A stretch of DNA of 64,000 nucleotides from an uncultured Gemmatimonadales bacterium (GTDB taxonomy: Bacteria; Gemmatimonadota; Gemmatimonadetes; Gemmatimonadales; Gemmatimonadaceae). How positions within the stretch are numbered: the stretch's first letter is position 1; each line of letters starts with the position of its first letter. The stretch is from assembly GCA_963850905.1 (NCBI GenBank), contig CAWKMU010000003.1:2464001-2528000 (forward strand), given 5' to 3'. A model generated the notes under the pieces. It was not told where the DNA came from, searched no databases, and worked only from the letters and a program-made list of their open reading frames with translations. Both the position numbers and the translations under genes were made by a program. This document shows positions 10,123-19,818 of the stretch, piece by piece.

Positions 10123-12976
10123 ATGGGGTCTGTCGTCAACGCCGCAGATGTTCGCACCCGGTTCCTTCGCTACTTCGAGCGGAACGCCCATGCCATCCGG
10201 CCGAGCTCCTCGCTCGTGCCGGCGGACGACCCGACGCTGCTGTTCACGAACGCGGGCATGGTGCAGTTCAAGCGCGTCTTTCTCGGTCTCGAGCAGCCCG
10301 AGTTTGGCCGGCGAGCGACGACGTCGCAGAAGTGCGTCCGCGCCGGCGGCAAACACAATGACCTCGAGCAGGTGGGCCACACCGCACGGCACCACACGTT
10401 CTTCGAGATGCTCGGCAACTTCTCCTTTGGCGATTATTTCAAGCGCGATGCGATTCGCTTCGCCTGGGAGTTCGTCACGCACGAGCTGCAGATGCCCCGC
10501 GAGCACCTCCGGGTCAGTGTCTATCGCACCGACGACGAAGCCCGCGCGCTGTGGCGCGAGATCGCGGGGCTGCCGCGACTCACGCATCTACGGACTGGGC
10601 GAAGCCGACAACTTCTGGCAGATGGCGGACACCGGGCCCATGCGGCCCCTGCTAGCGAGATCTTCGTCGACCTCGCGCACGTCGCGCGCGACTGGGCGTT
10701 CCCGGCTGGCGCATCGGGCGAGTGGACCGATACGCGGCGGAGCGAGTTCTCGCACGACGCGTTCGTCGAAGGCGCCGAGGCCGGCCGATTCCTCGAGTTC
10801 TGGAACCTCGTGTTCATGCAGTTCGACCGCCAGGCGAACGGCGAGTTGTCGCCGCTTGCCCAAACCGTCGGTCGACACCGGCGCGGGCCTCGAGCGGATC
10901 GCCGCCGTCATGCAGGGCGTCACGAACAACTACCACACGGACCTCTTCGTGCCGTTGCTCGAAGACGGTCGAGGACGCCGTCGGTCGCCCGTATCGCGGG
11001 CGTGAATCGGCCGAGGTCGTGAGGGTGCGGCAGGGTGCCGCGACCGGATCTGCCGGCCGGGTCGTGACCCGGGAGATCATCGATGATCCGGCGTCATACC
11101 GGGTACTCGCCGACCATGCGCGTGCGGTCGCGTTCCTCCTTGCCGATGGCGTGTTTCCCGCCAACGACGGACGTGGCTACGTGCTGCGCCGCATTCTGCG
11201 ACGCGCCGTGCGCCACGCGTGGCTCCTCGGCCGCAACGAGCCGACCCTGGTCACCGTCGTCGCAGGCGGTGATCGACACCATGGGTGGCATGTATCCCAG
11301 AGCTTCGCTTCGCCGCAAGCATCTCGCTCGACACGACGCGCGCCGAAGAGGAGCGCTTCCTCGAGACGATCGAGGGCGGTATGGCGCGATTCGACCAGTT
11401 GGCACCCGTCGGGCGGGACCGTCGAAGGGTCGCCGACAATTCGCGGCACGATCAGTGGCGAGGACGCCTTCCGGTCTGTACGACACCTTCGGATTCCCAT
11501 CGATCTCACCGAGCTGATGGCGCGCGAGCGCGGCTACACCGTCGACACGGCCGGCTTCGAGCGTGCGCTCGAAGGGCAGCGAACGCAGTCCAAGGAAGAG
11601 CGCCGCGGGCGCCGCATCGGCGTCACGGTCGATGAGCTGGGTGATGCCGAGGGGTGGGACTACGCGGATCGCCAACCTCAAGTCGCGCGCCCGCAGACCG
11701 GTTTCGCTTCGTCGGATACGATGCGCTGGAGGTTGCACACGCGAGTGGCAGCGAAACGCGACCTCGCGGACGGCAGGCTCGGCCTCATTCTCGAGGAGCG
11801 TCCCTTCTACGTCGAATCCGGTGGACAGATCTCGGACCAGGGCGAGGTCGTCGGCGAAGGGTGGCGACTGGACGTCGAGGACGTGCGCAAGCTCGACAGT
11901 CGGGTGGCCATCATCGGACGTCTCGAGGGAAGCTTTCACTGGGGGTCCGTGGTCGCTCGGGTGCCACGCGACACCCGACAGGATACGGAACGCAATCACA
12001 CGGCCACCCACCTCCTGCACGCCGCACTCCGCCAGGTGCTCGGTGAGCACGTCCACCAGCGCGGGTCGCTCGTCGCGCCCGATCGGCTCCGCTTCGACTT
12101 CAGCCACTCGGCCCCATTGACGGCGGACGAGCTGTCGGAGATCGAGGAGACTGGTCAATCGCGAGATCGCGCGTGCCGTTCCCGTCGATCGTTCGGAGCA
12201 ACCCTACGCCGAGGCGCGCGCAGCAGGCGCGATGGCGTTGTTCGGGGAGAAGTACGGCGACATCGTGCGTGTGGTCACGGTGCCCGGATTCTCAGCCGAG
12301 CTGTGCGGCGGGACGCACGTACGGAACACGAGCGGATATCCTGCAGTTCCAGATCGTGTCCGAGACTGGCGTGGGAGGCGGGACCCGACGCATCGAGGCG
12401 GTCACAGGCCGCGGGGCGTACGCGCGCACGCGGGCATACGAGGCCGCTGTCGCCGCGATCGCACGCACCTTGCGGGCGCCATCCGACCCCGCAGGCGTCG
12501 CCGCACGTGTCGAGCAACTCGTCAACGAACGCCGAGAGCTCGACAAGCGGCTCAAGGATGCGCTTCGCGGGGGCGGCGCGCAGGGCGGCGGTCAGGTTCA
12601 CGACCTCATGTCGAGCGCGATGTCGGTCAATGGGGCGCGCGTCGTGTCAGCCCGCGTCGACGCGGCCGATCTGGCGGCGCTGCAGACGCTGGGCGACGCG
12701 CTGCGAGAGCGGTTGGGCTCGGGCATCGGCGCACTTGCCGCGTCGTTCGAGGATGGGAAGCACACGTTGCTCATCGTGGCGACCGACGACCTGCGCGAGC
12801 GCGGCGTCCGCGCGGACGTCATCGTGCGCGAAGTCGCCGCAGCGGCCGGCGGGCGCGGCGGTGGCAAGCCGCACATGGCGCAGGCAGGCTTTCCCGATGC
12901 AGCCCGAGTGGCGACAGCACTCGATTCGGTGCTCCCGACGGTGCGCCGATTACTGAGTCCCACCACCGAAACCTGA
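10123..12976 (+). CDS. alaS: Alanine--tRNA ligase (broken by multiple indels, likely assembly errors)
   Basis: Motifs [71 protein letters not shown] and GGRGGGKP are spread over several frames. Confidence 0.95.
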
Positions 12977-12987
12977 CGGCCGACCCC

Positions 12988-13350
12988 GTGTCCACGAGTC
13001 GCTCCATCCCAGAGCCGCCTGCGAGCCCGCGGTCTATCGCTGGACCGGCTGAACCGCCCCCGGTGCTGACACGGTCCATCGAGGACGCCATTGCCGCGCT
13101 GGGGCGCGGTGAGTCGTTGGCGACGGCGTCACCCGATACGCTGCTTGCCGCGGCGGAGCGCGTCTTTCGCGAGACGCTCAAGGCGGGCTGCAACTCCCGA
13201 GCGAGTGCGGTCGCCCTACTCGCGGTCGATGCTTTGGTGACCTACGCGTTCGAACGTGCAAGCGACGACCCGGCACGCATCGAGGAGCGGGCTGCGCAGG
13301 CGATGGCCTCTCTCGCGGCGCTGACGGATCTGGCTCACTCGTCAGCTTGA
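12988..13350 (+). CDS. Hypothetical helical protein
   Basis: Fills the alaS-cpsB gap with protein-like sequence ([13 protein letters not shown]). Its stop overlaps the next start. Start is uncertain. Confidence 0.6.
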   Translation: MSTSRSIPEPPASPRSIAGPAEPPPVLTRSIEDAIAALGRGESLATASPDTLLAAAERVFRETLKAGCNSRASAVALLAVDALVTYAFERASDDPARIEERAAQAMASLAALTDLAHSSA

Positions 13351-14105
13351 TCGACCTGCACACGCACCTCCTGCCGGGCGTCGACGACGGCTCGCCGTCG
13401 GTCGAGGTCTCGCTGGGGGTGTTGCAGCGGTTCGCGGCGGATGGGGTCGACGTGGTCGTGTGTACGCCCCACTTGCGAGCGTCCCAGGCCGTGAAGGTCA
13501 CGGACACGACTTACGCCAGCGTGTTCGACGCGTTGATCGCGGCCGCCCCGCCACGTCCCGTTCTCAAACGGGGGTGGGAGATCATGCTCGACGTGCCGGG
13601 GGCCGATCTCAGTGCCCGCACGCTGACCCTCGCCGGCTCGACTGCGATGCTCGTGGAATTTCCGCGGACGGGCGTGCCGCTCCGGGCCATCGACGAGCTC
13701 CGAAGGGTGCGCAACGAAGGGCGGGTGCCGGTGCTCGCGCATCCAGAACGGTACTGGGGATGCACCTTGAGCCAGATCCGGTCTTGGCGTGAAGGGGGGA
13801 CGGTCATGCAGATCGACGCGGTCGCCCTGCTCGCGGGCGGTCGCATGGGGGAAATGGCCCTCGCGCTGATCGAGGAGGGGCTGGCTGACTGCCTGGCCAG
13901 CGACAACCACGGCGACACACGGTCCCTTGCGATGGTGCGCCAGTGGTTCGTCGAGCAGGACGCCGAGGAGCATGCGGCGCTCCTCACGGAGGTCAATCCG
14001 CGGCGACTCCTCGAGGATCTGCCGGTGCTGCCGGTCCCGCCCGTCCGCGTGCGACGCGGCTTGCTGGAACGGCTGCGTGAGTTGATGCGGGGACGACGGC
14101 GATGA
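13347..14105 (+). CDS. CpsB/CapC/YwqE-family PHP tyrosine-protein phosphatase
   Basis: Motifs [25 protein letters not shown] and ASDNH. Confidence 0.92.
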   Translation: MIDLHTHLLPGVDDGSPSVEVSLGVLQRFAADGVDVVVCTPHLRASQAVKVTDTTYASVFDALIAAAPPRPVLKRGWEIMLDVPGADLSARTLTLAGSTAMLVEFPRTGVPLRAIDELRRVRNEGRVPVLAHPERYWGCTLSQIRSWREGGTVMQIDAVALLAGGRMGEMALALIEEGLADCLASDNHGDTRSLAMVRQWFVEQDAEEHAALLTEVNPRRLLEDLPVLPVPPVRVRRGLLERLRELMRGRRR

Positions 14106-14115
14106 GAGCGCCGCG

Positions 14116-15084
14116 ATGATTGCCATCATCTTCACTGGCGGGACCATCTCCATGCGTATCGACCCGTCGACGGGCGGGGCAGTGCCAGCGATCGGCGGGG
14201 CTGAGTTGTTGGCGAACGCGCCGGGGATCGAGCAGATCTCGCCGATCGAGGTCGATGAATGGGCGACGATGGCGGCATCGCATTTCACCGTCGAGCATCT
14301 GTGGAGCATTCGCGCGCGCATCCGCTCGCACCTCGCTCGCAGCGAGGTCGCGGGCGTGGTCGTCGCGCAGGGCACGGACACCTTGGAGGAGAGCGCCTAC
14401 CTCATGGCGCGGTCGATTGCCTCGACCAAGCCAGTGGTGTTCACCGGCGCGATGCGCACCTCTCAGGATCTCGGCTGGGACGGCCCCGTGAATCTCCTCG
14501 ACTCGGTCCGCGTGGCGGCCAGCCCGCGGTCGCGCGGCCAGGGAGTGCTCGTCGTGTTCGGCAGCCGCATCTTCTCGGCCCGTGACGTCACGAAGGTCGA
14601 CACACGGCTCCCAGATGCTTTCGACAGCCCGGGGCTCGGTGCCATTGGTGAGGTCGATGGCGAGACCGTCATCTTCCGGCGGTGTGTTCCGCTGGGTTCA
14701 ACTCTAGATCCACCGCGCCTCGCGGCGCCGGTCGACATCGTGTACTCGTATGTCGGCTGCGACGGCCGCCTCGTGGACGCGGCGCGCGCGGAGAGCGTCG
14801 GCCTCGTGATCGGTGCGCTTGGGCGTGGAAACACGAACCCGCTCTTTTTCGAGGCGGTCCTCCGCTGGCTGTCGTCGGGCAAGCCCGTGGTCGTCGCATC
14901 GCGCGCCCAGCGCGGCCGCGTCGGCGCGACCTACGGGTTTCGCGGAGGTGGGAAGACGCTGCTCGATGCCGGGGCCATCTTCGCGGGCGGCCGTCGGCCG
15001 CAGCACGCGCGGATCGACCTGATGCTGGGCCTGGGCGCGAGCCTGTCCGGGCAGGCCTTGAGCGCGATATTCGACGAGTCGTGA
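14116..15084 (+). CDS. L-asparaginase
   Basis: Motifs TGGTISM, GTDTLEE, PVVFTGAMR and DGP.NL. Confidence 0.93.
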   Translation: MIAIIFTGGTISMRIDPSTGGAVPAIGGAELLANAPGIEQISPIEVDEWATMAASHFTVEHLWSIRARIRSHLARSEVAGVVVAQGTDTLEESAYLMARSIASTKPVVFTGAMRTSQDLGWDGPVNLLDSVRVAASPRSRGQGVLVVFGSRIFSARDVTKVDTRLPDAFDSPGLGAIGEVDGETVIFRRCVPLGSTLDPPRLAAPVDIVYSYVGCDGRLVDAARAESVGLVIGALGRGNTNPLFFEAVLRWLSSGKPVVVASRAQRGRVGATYGFRGGGKTLLDAGAIFAGGRRPQHARIDLMLGLGASLSGQALSAIFDES

Positions 15085-15104
15085 CAACTAAGGGCGGAGA
15101 CGCG

Positions 15105-16466
15105 GTGGAGCATGGTACGCCCGAAGAGGGGGTGATCTTGCGTCCCCCGGCCGCGGTGGTCGACATCGCGAAACGGCTGGAAGCGGCGGGGCACGAAACC
15201 TGGTGTGTGGGGGGCGCCGTCCGCGACGCCTTGCTTGGGCATCCGCACAGCGACTGGGACCTCGCGACGGCAGCGCGCCCTGACGACGTGATGCGGCTCT
15301 TCCCGCGGCGCACGATCCCGGTGGGCGTGCCCCACGGAACGGTCGGCGTCCTCGATCGCTCGAGGGTGCTCCACGAAGTGACCACCTTTCGCCGCGACGT
15401 GCGCACCGACGGTCGACATGCGGAGGTCGAGTTCGGCGCCTCGCTCGACGAAGATCTCGCGCGACGAGACTTCACGATCAACGCCATCGCCTATTCGCCG
15501 ACGCGCCACATCCTCCACGACCCGTTCCATGGCCGCGAGGATCTGGCGCGGCGGGTCGTGCGTGCCGTAGGGCGACCCGCCGATCGCATGCGGGAGGACC
15601 GGCTGCGGGCGCTGCGCGCGTTGCGCTTTGCCGGCCGCTTCGACTTCGCGATCGATGCCGACACGTGGGCCGCGATCCTGGCGAGTGCGTCGTTCTTGAC
15701 TCGCCTGTCGGCCGAGCGCGTCAAGGAGGAACTGACCAAGACCATGGTGCAAGTCGCGCGACCTGCACGAGCGCTCCTGCTGTGGCGCGACAGCGCTGCA
15801 CTGAGTGTGTTGGTGCCGGCGCTTGGCGGACTGAGTGGGGTCGACATCGCCACCCTGGATTGTCTCCCCCAGCCACGAGATGGGAGGGCCGCGCGCAGCG
15901 CGGCGCGCGCTGATGCCCGCCGGCTGGCCCGGCTCGCCGCGCTCTTTCTCACCTGTCCGGTCGAGGACGCGGAGCGGGCGCTCAAGGGGCTGCGTTTCTC
16001 GAACGCCGACGCTGACTGGATTGTGAGTCTCGTGGGCGCGTGGCATACGGTAGGCGCCGACATGGAGTGGACTTTGCTGTCGAGCCACACTCCGCTAGAG
16101 GCGACGGTGCGGCGCTGGGTCGCCGGCATTGGGCGGCTGCGAGTCCCGATGCTGTTCCGGCTGGCCGCGGCACGCTGGGCGGCGACGCGCGATGCCGGGG
16201 GGGCCGCGCCGACCTCGCGCGAGGTGCGGGCTCTCTACCGCCGGGCGATCCACAGTGCCTTCCATGATGCCATTCAGCTGTCCGACCTGGCAGTCGACGG
16301 GACCGATCTCATCGACGCTGGTATTGCGCACGGCCCCCTGGTTGGGTCCATGTTGCGACGGTTGATGGTCGCAGTCGTCGAGGATCAGAGTCTCAACACC
16401 CGCGATCGGTTGCTGGAACTGGCGCGGCAATGGGTGCTAGAGTCGCCGCCGGATCGGTCGGCGTAA
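15105..16466 (+). CDS. cca: CCA tRNA nucleotidyltransferase
   Basis: Motifs VGGAVRDALLG, DWDLAT, EVTTFRRD, DLARRDFTINA, EDRLR.LR and SAERV..EL. Alternative GTG start at 15081. Confidence 0.92.
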   Translation: MEHGTPEEGVILRPPAAVVDIAKRLEAAGHETWCVGGAVRDALLGHPHSDWDLATAARPDDVMRLFPRRTIPVGVPHGTVGVLDRSRVLHEVTTFRRDVRTDGRHAEVEFGASLDEDLARRDFTINAIAYSPTRHILHDPFHGREDLARRVVRAVGRPADRMREDRLRALRALRFAGRFDFAIDADTWAAILASASFLTRLSAERVKEELTKTMVQVARPARALLLWRDSAALSVLVPALGGLSGVDIATLDCLPQPRDGRAARSAARADARRLARLAALFLTCPVEDAERALKGLRFSNADADWIVSLVGAWHTVGADMEWTLLSSHTPLEATVRRWVAGIGRLRVPMLFRLAAARWAATRDAGGAAPTSREVRALYRRAIHSAFHDAIQLSDLAVDGTDLIDAGIAHGPLVGSMLRRLMVAVVEDQSLNTRDRLLELARQWVLESPPDRSA

Positions 16467-16483
16467 GGGGAGGAGAGGGCATC

Positions 16484-17017
16484 GTGGTGTTTTTCCGCGG
16501 GCGTCAGCCTGAGACATCGGTGTGGCGTCGATTCCGGTCGGGGCTGGACGGCTTCACCTTCGTCAAGGAGGACGACCACTACGCGGCGCACATCGTGACG
16601 AACGCGGAACGGGCGGTGGACCTCTTCCACTTGCTACTCGAGCATCTGCCGCCCGCGGTCGACATCGCGATCGATGACCGGCGGAGCCGCCGCAGCTGGT
16701 CGGGCGAGCAAATCGCACTTCCCGACGTACAGGATGGGATCGGGCGCTTGAAAGTCTCCCTTGCCGCGGCCGGTGGTGTGGAGATCTCGATTTACACGGC
16801 GGATGATCAGATCACCCTCAACCCGCAGCTCGAGCTCTTCATCTACGCGCGGAGCGACCGGTGGCTCTACCTCCTCCTCGGACTCGGCCTCGAGGAGCGG
16901 ACCCTCGTCCCCACGCGCAGCTGGAAGCTGTTGCATCACGATTTCGAGGCCGCGCCCGAGCTCTCGGATGGGCTCATTGGTATGACCACGCGCCTGGGAT
17001 TGCGGGCGCCGACATGA
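16484..17017 (+). CDS. Hypothetical protein
   Basis: Clean ORF with strong RBS (GGAGGAG). ATGA overlap with rarA. Confidence 0.75.
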   Translation: MVFFRGRQPETSVWRRFRSGLDGFTFVKEDDHYAAHIVTNAERAVDLFHLLLEHLPPAVDIAIDDRRSRRSWSGEQIALPDVQDGIGRLKVSLAAAGGVEISIYTADDQITLNPQLELFIYARSDRWLYLLLGLGLEERTLVPTRSWKLLHHDFEAAPELSDGLIGMTTRLGLRAPT

Positions 17018-18426
17018 GTCCCGGCGACCGAGGATCAGCGGCGCCCGCACGGTCAGAACCCCTCGCCTCGCGGATGCGTCCGCGCACCCTCGACGAGTTC
17101 GTCGGGCAGGGGCGGCTGCTGGGTCCAGGCACACCGCTCAGGACCGAGATCGAGAGCGGGCAAGTGACCTCGATGCTTTTTTGGGGTCCGCCGGGCAGTG
17201 GCAAGACGACGCTCGGCCGCCTGATCGCACATTACACGGACCGCGAATTCGTGCCGTTTTCCGCGGTCACCGAGGGTGTGCCGCGCGTGCGGGTGATCGT
17301 GGCGGAGGCGGACGAGCGGTTGGCGACTGGTCGGGGGACCGTGCTGTTCGTGGACGAGATCCATCGCTTCAATCGCGCGCAACAGGATGCCTTCTTGCCG
17401 TTCGTGGAGCGCGGGACGATCACACTCGTCGGCGCGACGACGGAGAACCCGTCATTCGAGATCACGGGCGCGTTGCTGTCACGGCTCCGCGTGTTCGTCC
17501 TCGAGGCATTGCAGCCGGCGGAGATCGCGACGGTCGTGCAGCAGGCGCTCGCGGATGAGACACGCGGGCTCGGTGCATTGGGACTGACGCTCGAGTCGGG
17601 GGCACTCGACCTGATCGTGACGCAGGCCGATGGGGACGCGCGACGGGCGTTGACGGCCCTCGAGGCCGCCGCGGCAACGGTTGGTCGACGACGTGGGAGC
17701 GGTCGCACGATCACCGCAGAGACGGTGCGCTCGGCGCTCCAGGCCCGGCTCCCCAAGTACGACAAGTCGGGGGAGGAGCACTACAATCTCATCTCGGCGT
17801 ATCACAAATCGTTGCGCGGGAGTGACGCGCAGGGGGCGCTCTACTGGTTGGCCCGCATGATCGAGGCGGGCGAGGACCCGATGTACATCGCGAGACGCAC
17901 GGTGCGGTTCGCGGCAGAGGACGTCGGTCTGGCGGATCCGACGGCGTTGCGGGTGGCGATCGCGGCACGCGATGCGTACCACTTTCTCGGCTCGCCGGAG
18001 GGCGAGCTCGCCATCGCGGAGGCGGCGGTGTACCTCGCAACGGCGCCCAAGTCGAATGCGGTGTATCGCGCGTGGGGCGCGGCGCTGGAGCTGGCGCGCG
18101 AGACGCCGGCCGAGCCGGTGCCGCTCCACTTGCGCAATGCGCCGACGCCGCTCATGAAGGAACTGGGGTACGGGCGCGACTATCAGTATGCGCATTCGGT
18201 GCCTGAGGCATACATTCCCCAGGATTATCTGCCCACGCGCGTCGCGGGCAGCGTGTTGTACGAGCCGGGGCCGTTCGGATTCGAGAAGGACATCGCGAAG
18301 CGTCTGGCCTGGTGGGCGGAGCTTCGGCAGCGATTCGAGCGTCGCGACGAATCGGAAGAGGGAAGCGTGGAGTCGACGTCGTCGGATCCGCGCGCTCAGG
18401 GGGAGGACAGGAGTGCGGAGGCGTAG
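17014..18426 (+). CDS. rarA: Replication-associated recombination protein A (RarA/MgsA)
   Basis: Motifs PLA.RMRP..LDEFVGQ, WGPPGSGKTT, DEIHRFN, GATTENPSF and HYNLISA.HKS.RGSD. Confidence 0.97.
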   Translation: MSPGDRGSAAPARSEPLASRMRPRTLDEFVGQGRLLGPGTPLRTEIESGQVTSMLFWGPPGSGKTTLGRLIAHYTDREFVPFSAVTEGVPRVRVIVAEADERLATGRGTVLFVDEIHRFNRAQQDAFLPFVERGTITLVGATTENPSFEITGALLSRLRVFVLEALQPAEIATVVQQALADETRGLGALGLTLESGALDLIVTQADGDARRALTALEAAAATVGRRRGSGRTITAETVRSALQARLPKYDKSGEEHYNLISAYHKSLRGSDAQGALYWLARMIEAGEDPMYIARRTVRFAAEDVGLADPTALRVAIAARDAYHFLGSPEGELAIAEAAVYLATAPKSNAVYRAWGAALELARETPAEPVPLHLRNAPTPLMKELGYGRDYQYAHSVPEAYIPQDYLPTRVAGSVLYEPGPFGFEKDIAKRLAWWAELRQRFERRDESEEGSVESTSSDPRAQGEDRSAEA

Positions 18427-18480
18427 TCGAGTGGACTGGACCCGCGCGGTGGCGCGCCGCGCCGTGCAGCAGGAGCTGAT

Positions 18481-19818
18481 ATCTCTCGCGAGCTGATTTC
18501 CCTCGAGCCGCCCGTCGAGCGAGCCATCCTCGTGGGCGCGCCCCTCAAGCGGTCATCAGAACGGCATCAAGTCGAAGAGCACTTGGAGGAGCTGGCGCGA
18601 CTCGTGGACACGGCGGGGGCCGTCGTGGTCGACGAGATCACCCAGCGTATCGAGCGCCCTGACCCGGCGACGTATCTCGGTCGCGGCAAGATCGAAGAGC
18701 TGCGGACGCGGATCGAGAGCACGCAGGCATCGCTCGTCATCTTCGACGAGGAGCTGACGCCGGCGCAAGGCAAGAACATCGAGGATGCGACCGGTCGGCG
18801 GGTCATCGACCGCACCGAGCTCATTCTCGATATTTTCGCGACGCGAGCGCGAACCAGCGAAGCGAAGCTCCAGGTGGAGCTGGCGCAGCTGGAGTACATG
18901 CTTCCGCGACTGCGGCGGATGTGGGCACACCTGGAGCGCGTCCGAGGCGGCATCGGCATGCGAGGTCCCGGTGAGACGCAGCTCGAGACGGACCGTCGGT
19001 TGATCGGTCAGCGGATCAAGCTGTTACGCGACCGTCTCGAGGAAGTCGCCCGTACCCGCGCCGTCCAGCGGCAGTCACGGATGAGCTCGTTTCGGGCCGC
19101 GCTGGTCGGATACACCAACGCCGGTAAATCGTCCATCCTCCGCGGACTATCGGGTGCGATGGATGTGGTCGTCGAGGATCGGCTGTTCGCGACGCTCGAC
19201 CCACTCACGCGCGACGTAGATGTGCGAAGCGGCGGAGGAGCGCGGGTGTTGGTGACCGATACCGTTGGATTCATTCGAAAGCTGCCCCACCACCTCGTGG
19301 CGTCATTCCGGGCGACGCTCGAGGAAGTGACGCAGGCCGATTTGCTGTTGCATGTGATCGACGCGAGCTACGCGCAATGGGAGGACCAGCGCGCGGTCGT
19401 CGAAGATGTGCTGGCAGACATCGGGGCGGCGGCGACGCCGGTGCGGTACGTGTTCAATAAGATGGACCTGCTGCCTGGGCCCGAGGCGGCGGCGCTGCGC
19501 GAGCGCGCGGGGAATTTGATGCCCGGCTCGGTGTTCGTCTCGACCATGACCGACGGGGGCATCGAGCCCCTGCGCCGGTTGCTCGCCAGCGAGCGACAGG
19601 CGCTGCGACCCATTATGCGGATTCTGCTTCCCAGCGATTCCGGTCGGTGGCTTGCCGAGTTGTACCGCGAGGCGGAGGTGGTGTCCGTGGGGAGCGAGGG
19701 CTCTGTGGTCGTCGTGCGGGCCCGCGCCGATGACGCGCTGCTCGGTCGACTGCGGCAGGCCGGGGCGGAGGTGACGCCTTCGGCGCGCGTCGCGAACGAA
19801 TCACAGGCGGCGGGATGA
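18481..19818 (+). CDS. hflX: GTPase HflX (start uncertain, see findings)
   Basis: Motifs LILDIFA.RA, QVELAQL.Y.LPRL, GPGETQLE.DRR, GYTNAGKS, LFATLD, DTVGFI and NKMD. Confidence 0.96.
   Translation: MSRELISLEPPVERAILVGAPLKRSSERHQVEEHLEELARLVDTAGAVVVDEITQRIERPDPATYLGRGKIEELRTRIESTQASLVIFDEELTPAQGKNIEDATGRRVIDRTELILDIFATRARTSEAKLQVELAQLEYMLPRLRRMWAHLERVRGGIGMRGPGETQLETDRRLIGQRIKLLRDRLEEVARTRAVQRQSRMSSFRAALVGYTNAGKSSILRGLSGAMDVVVEDRLFATLDPLTRDVDVRSGGGARVLVTDTVGFIRKLPHHLVASFRATLEEVTQADLLLHVIDASYAQWEDQRAVVEDVLADIGAAATPVRYVFNKMDLLPGPEAAALRERAGNLMPGSVFVSTMTDGGIEPLRRLLASERQALRPIMRILLPSDSGRWLAELYREAEVVSVGSEGSVVVVRARADDALLGRLRQAGAEVTPSARVANESQAAG

Noticed and set aside
10123..12976. alaS as a true pseudogene or programmed-frameshift gene
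   Set aside because: It is normally an essential gene, with intact motifs and many scattered indels that lack slippery-site logic. Sequencing error is far more likely.
17014..19818. RarA-HflX readthrough fusion (same frame, a single TAG at 18424)
   Set aside because: Same-frame adjacency has a 1-in-3 chance. An SD lies just before the HflX N-terminus and there is no sign of recoding.
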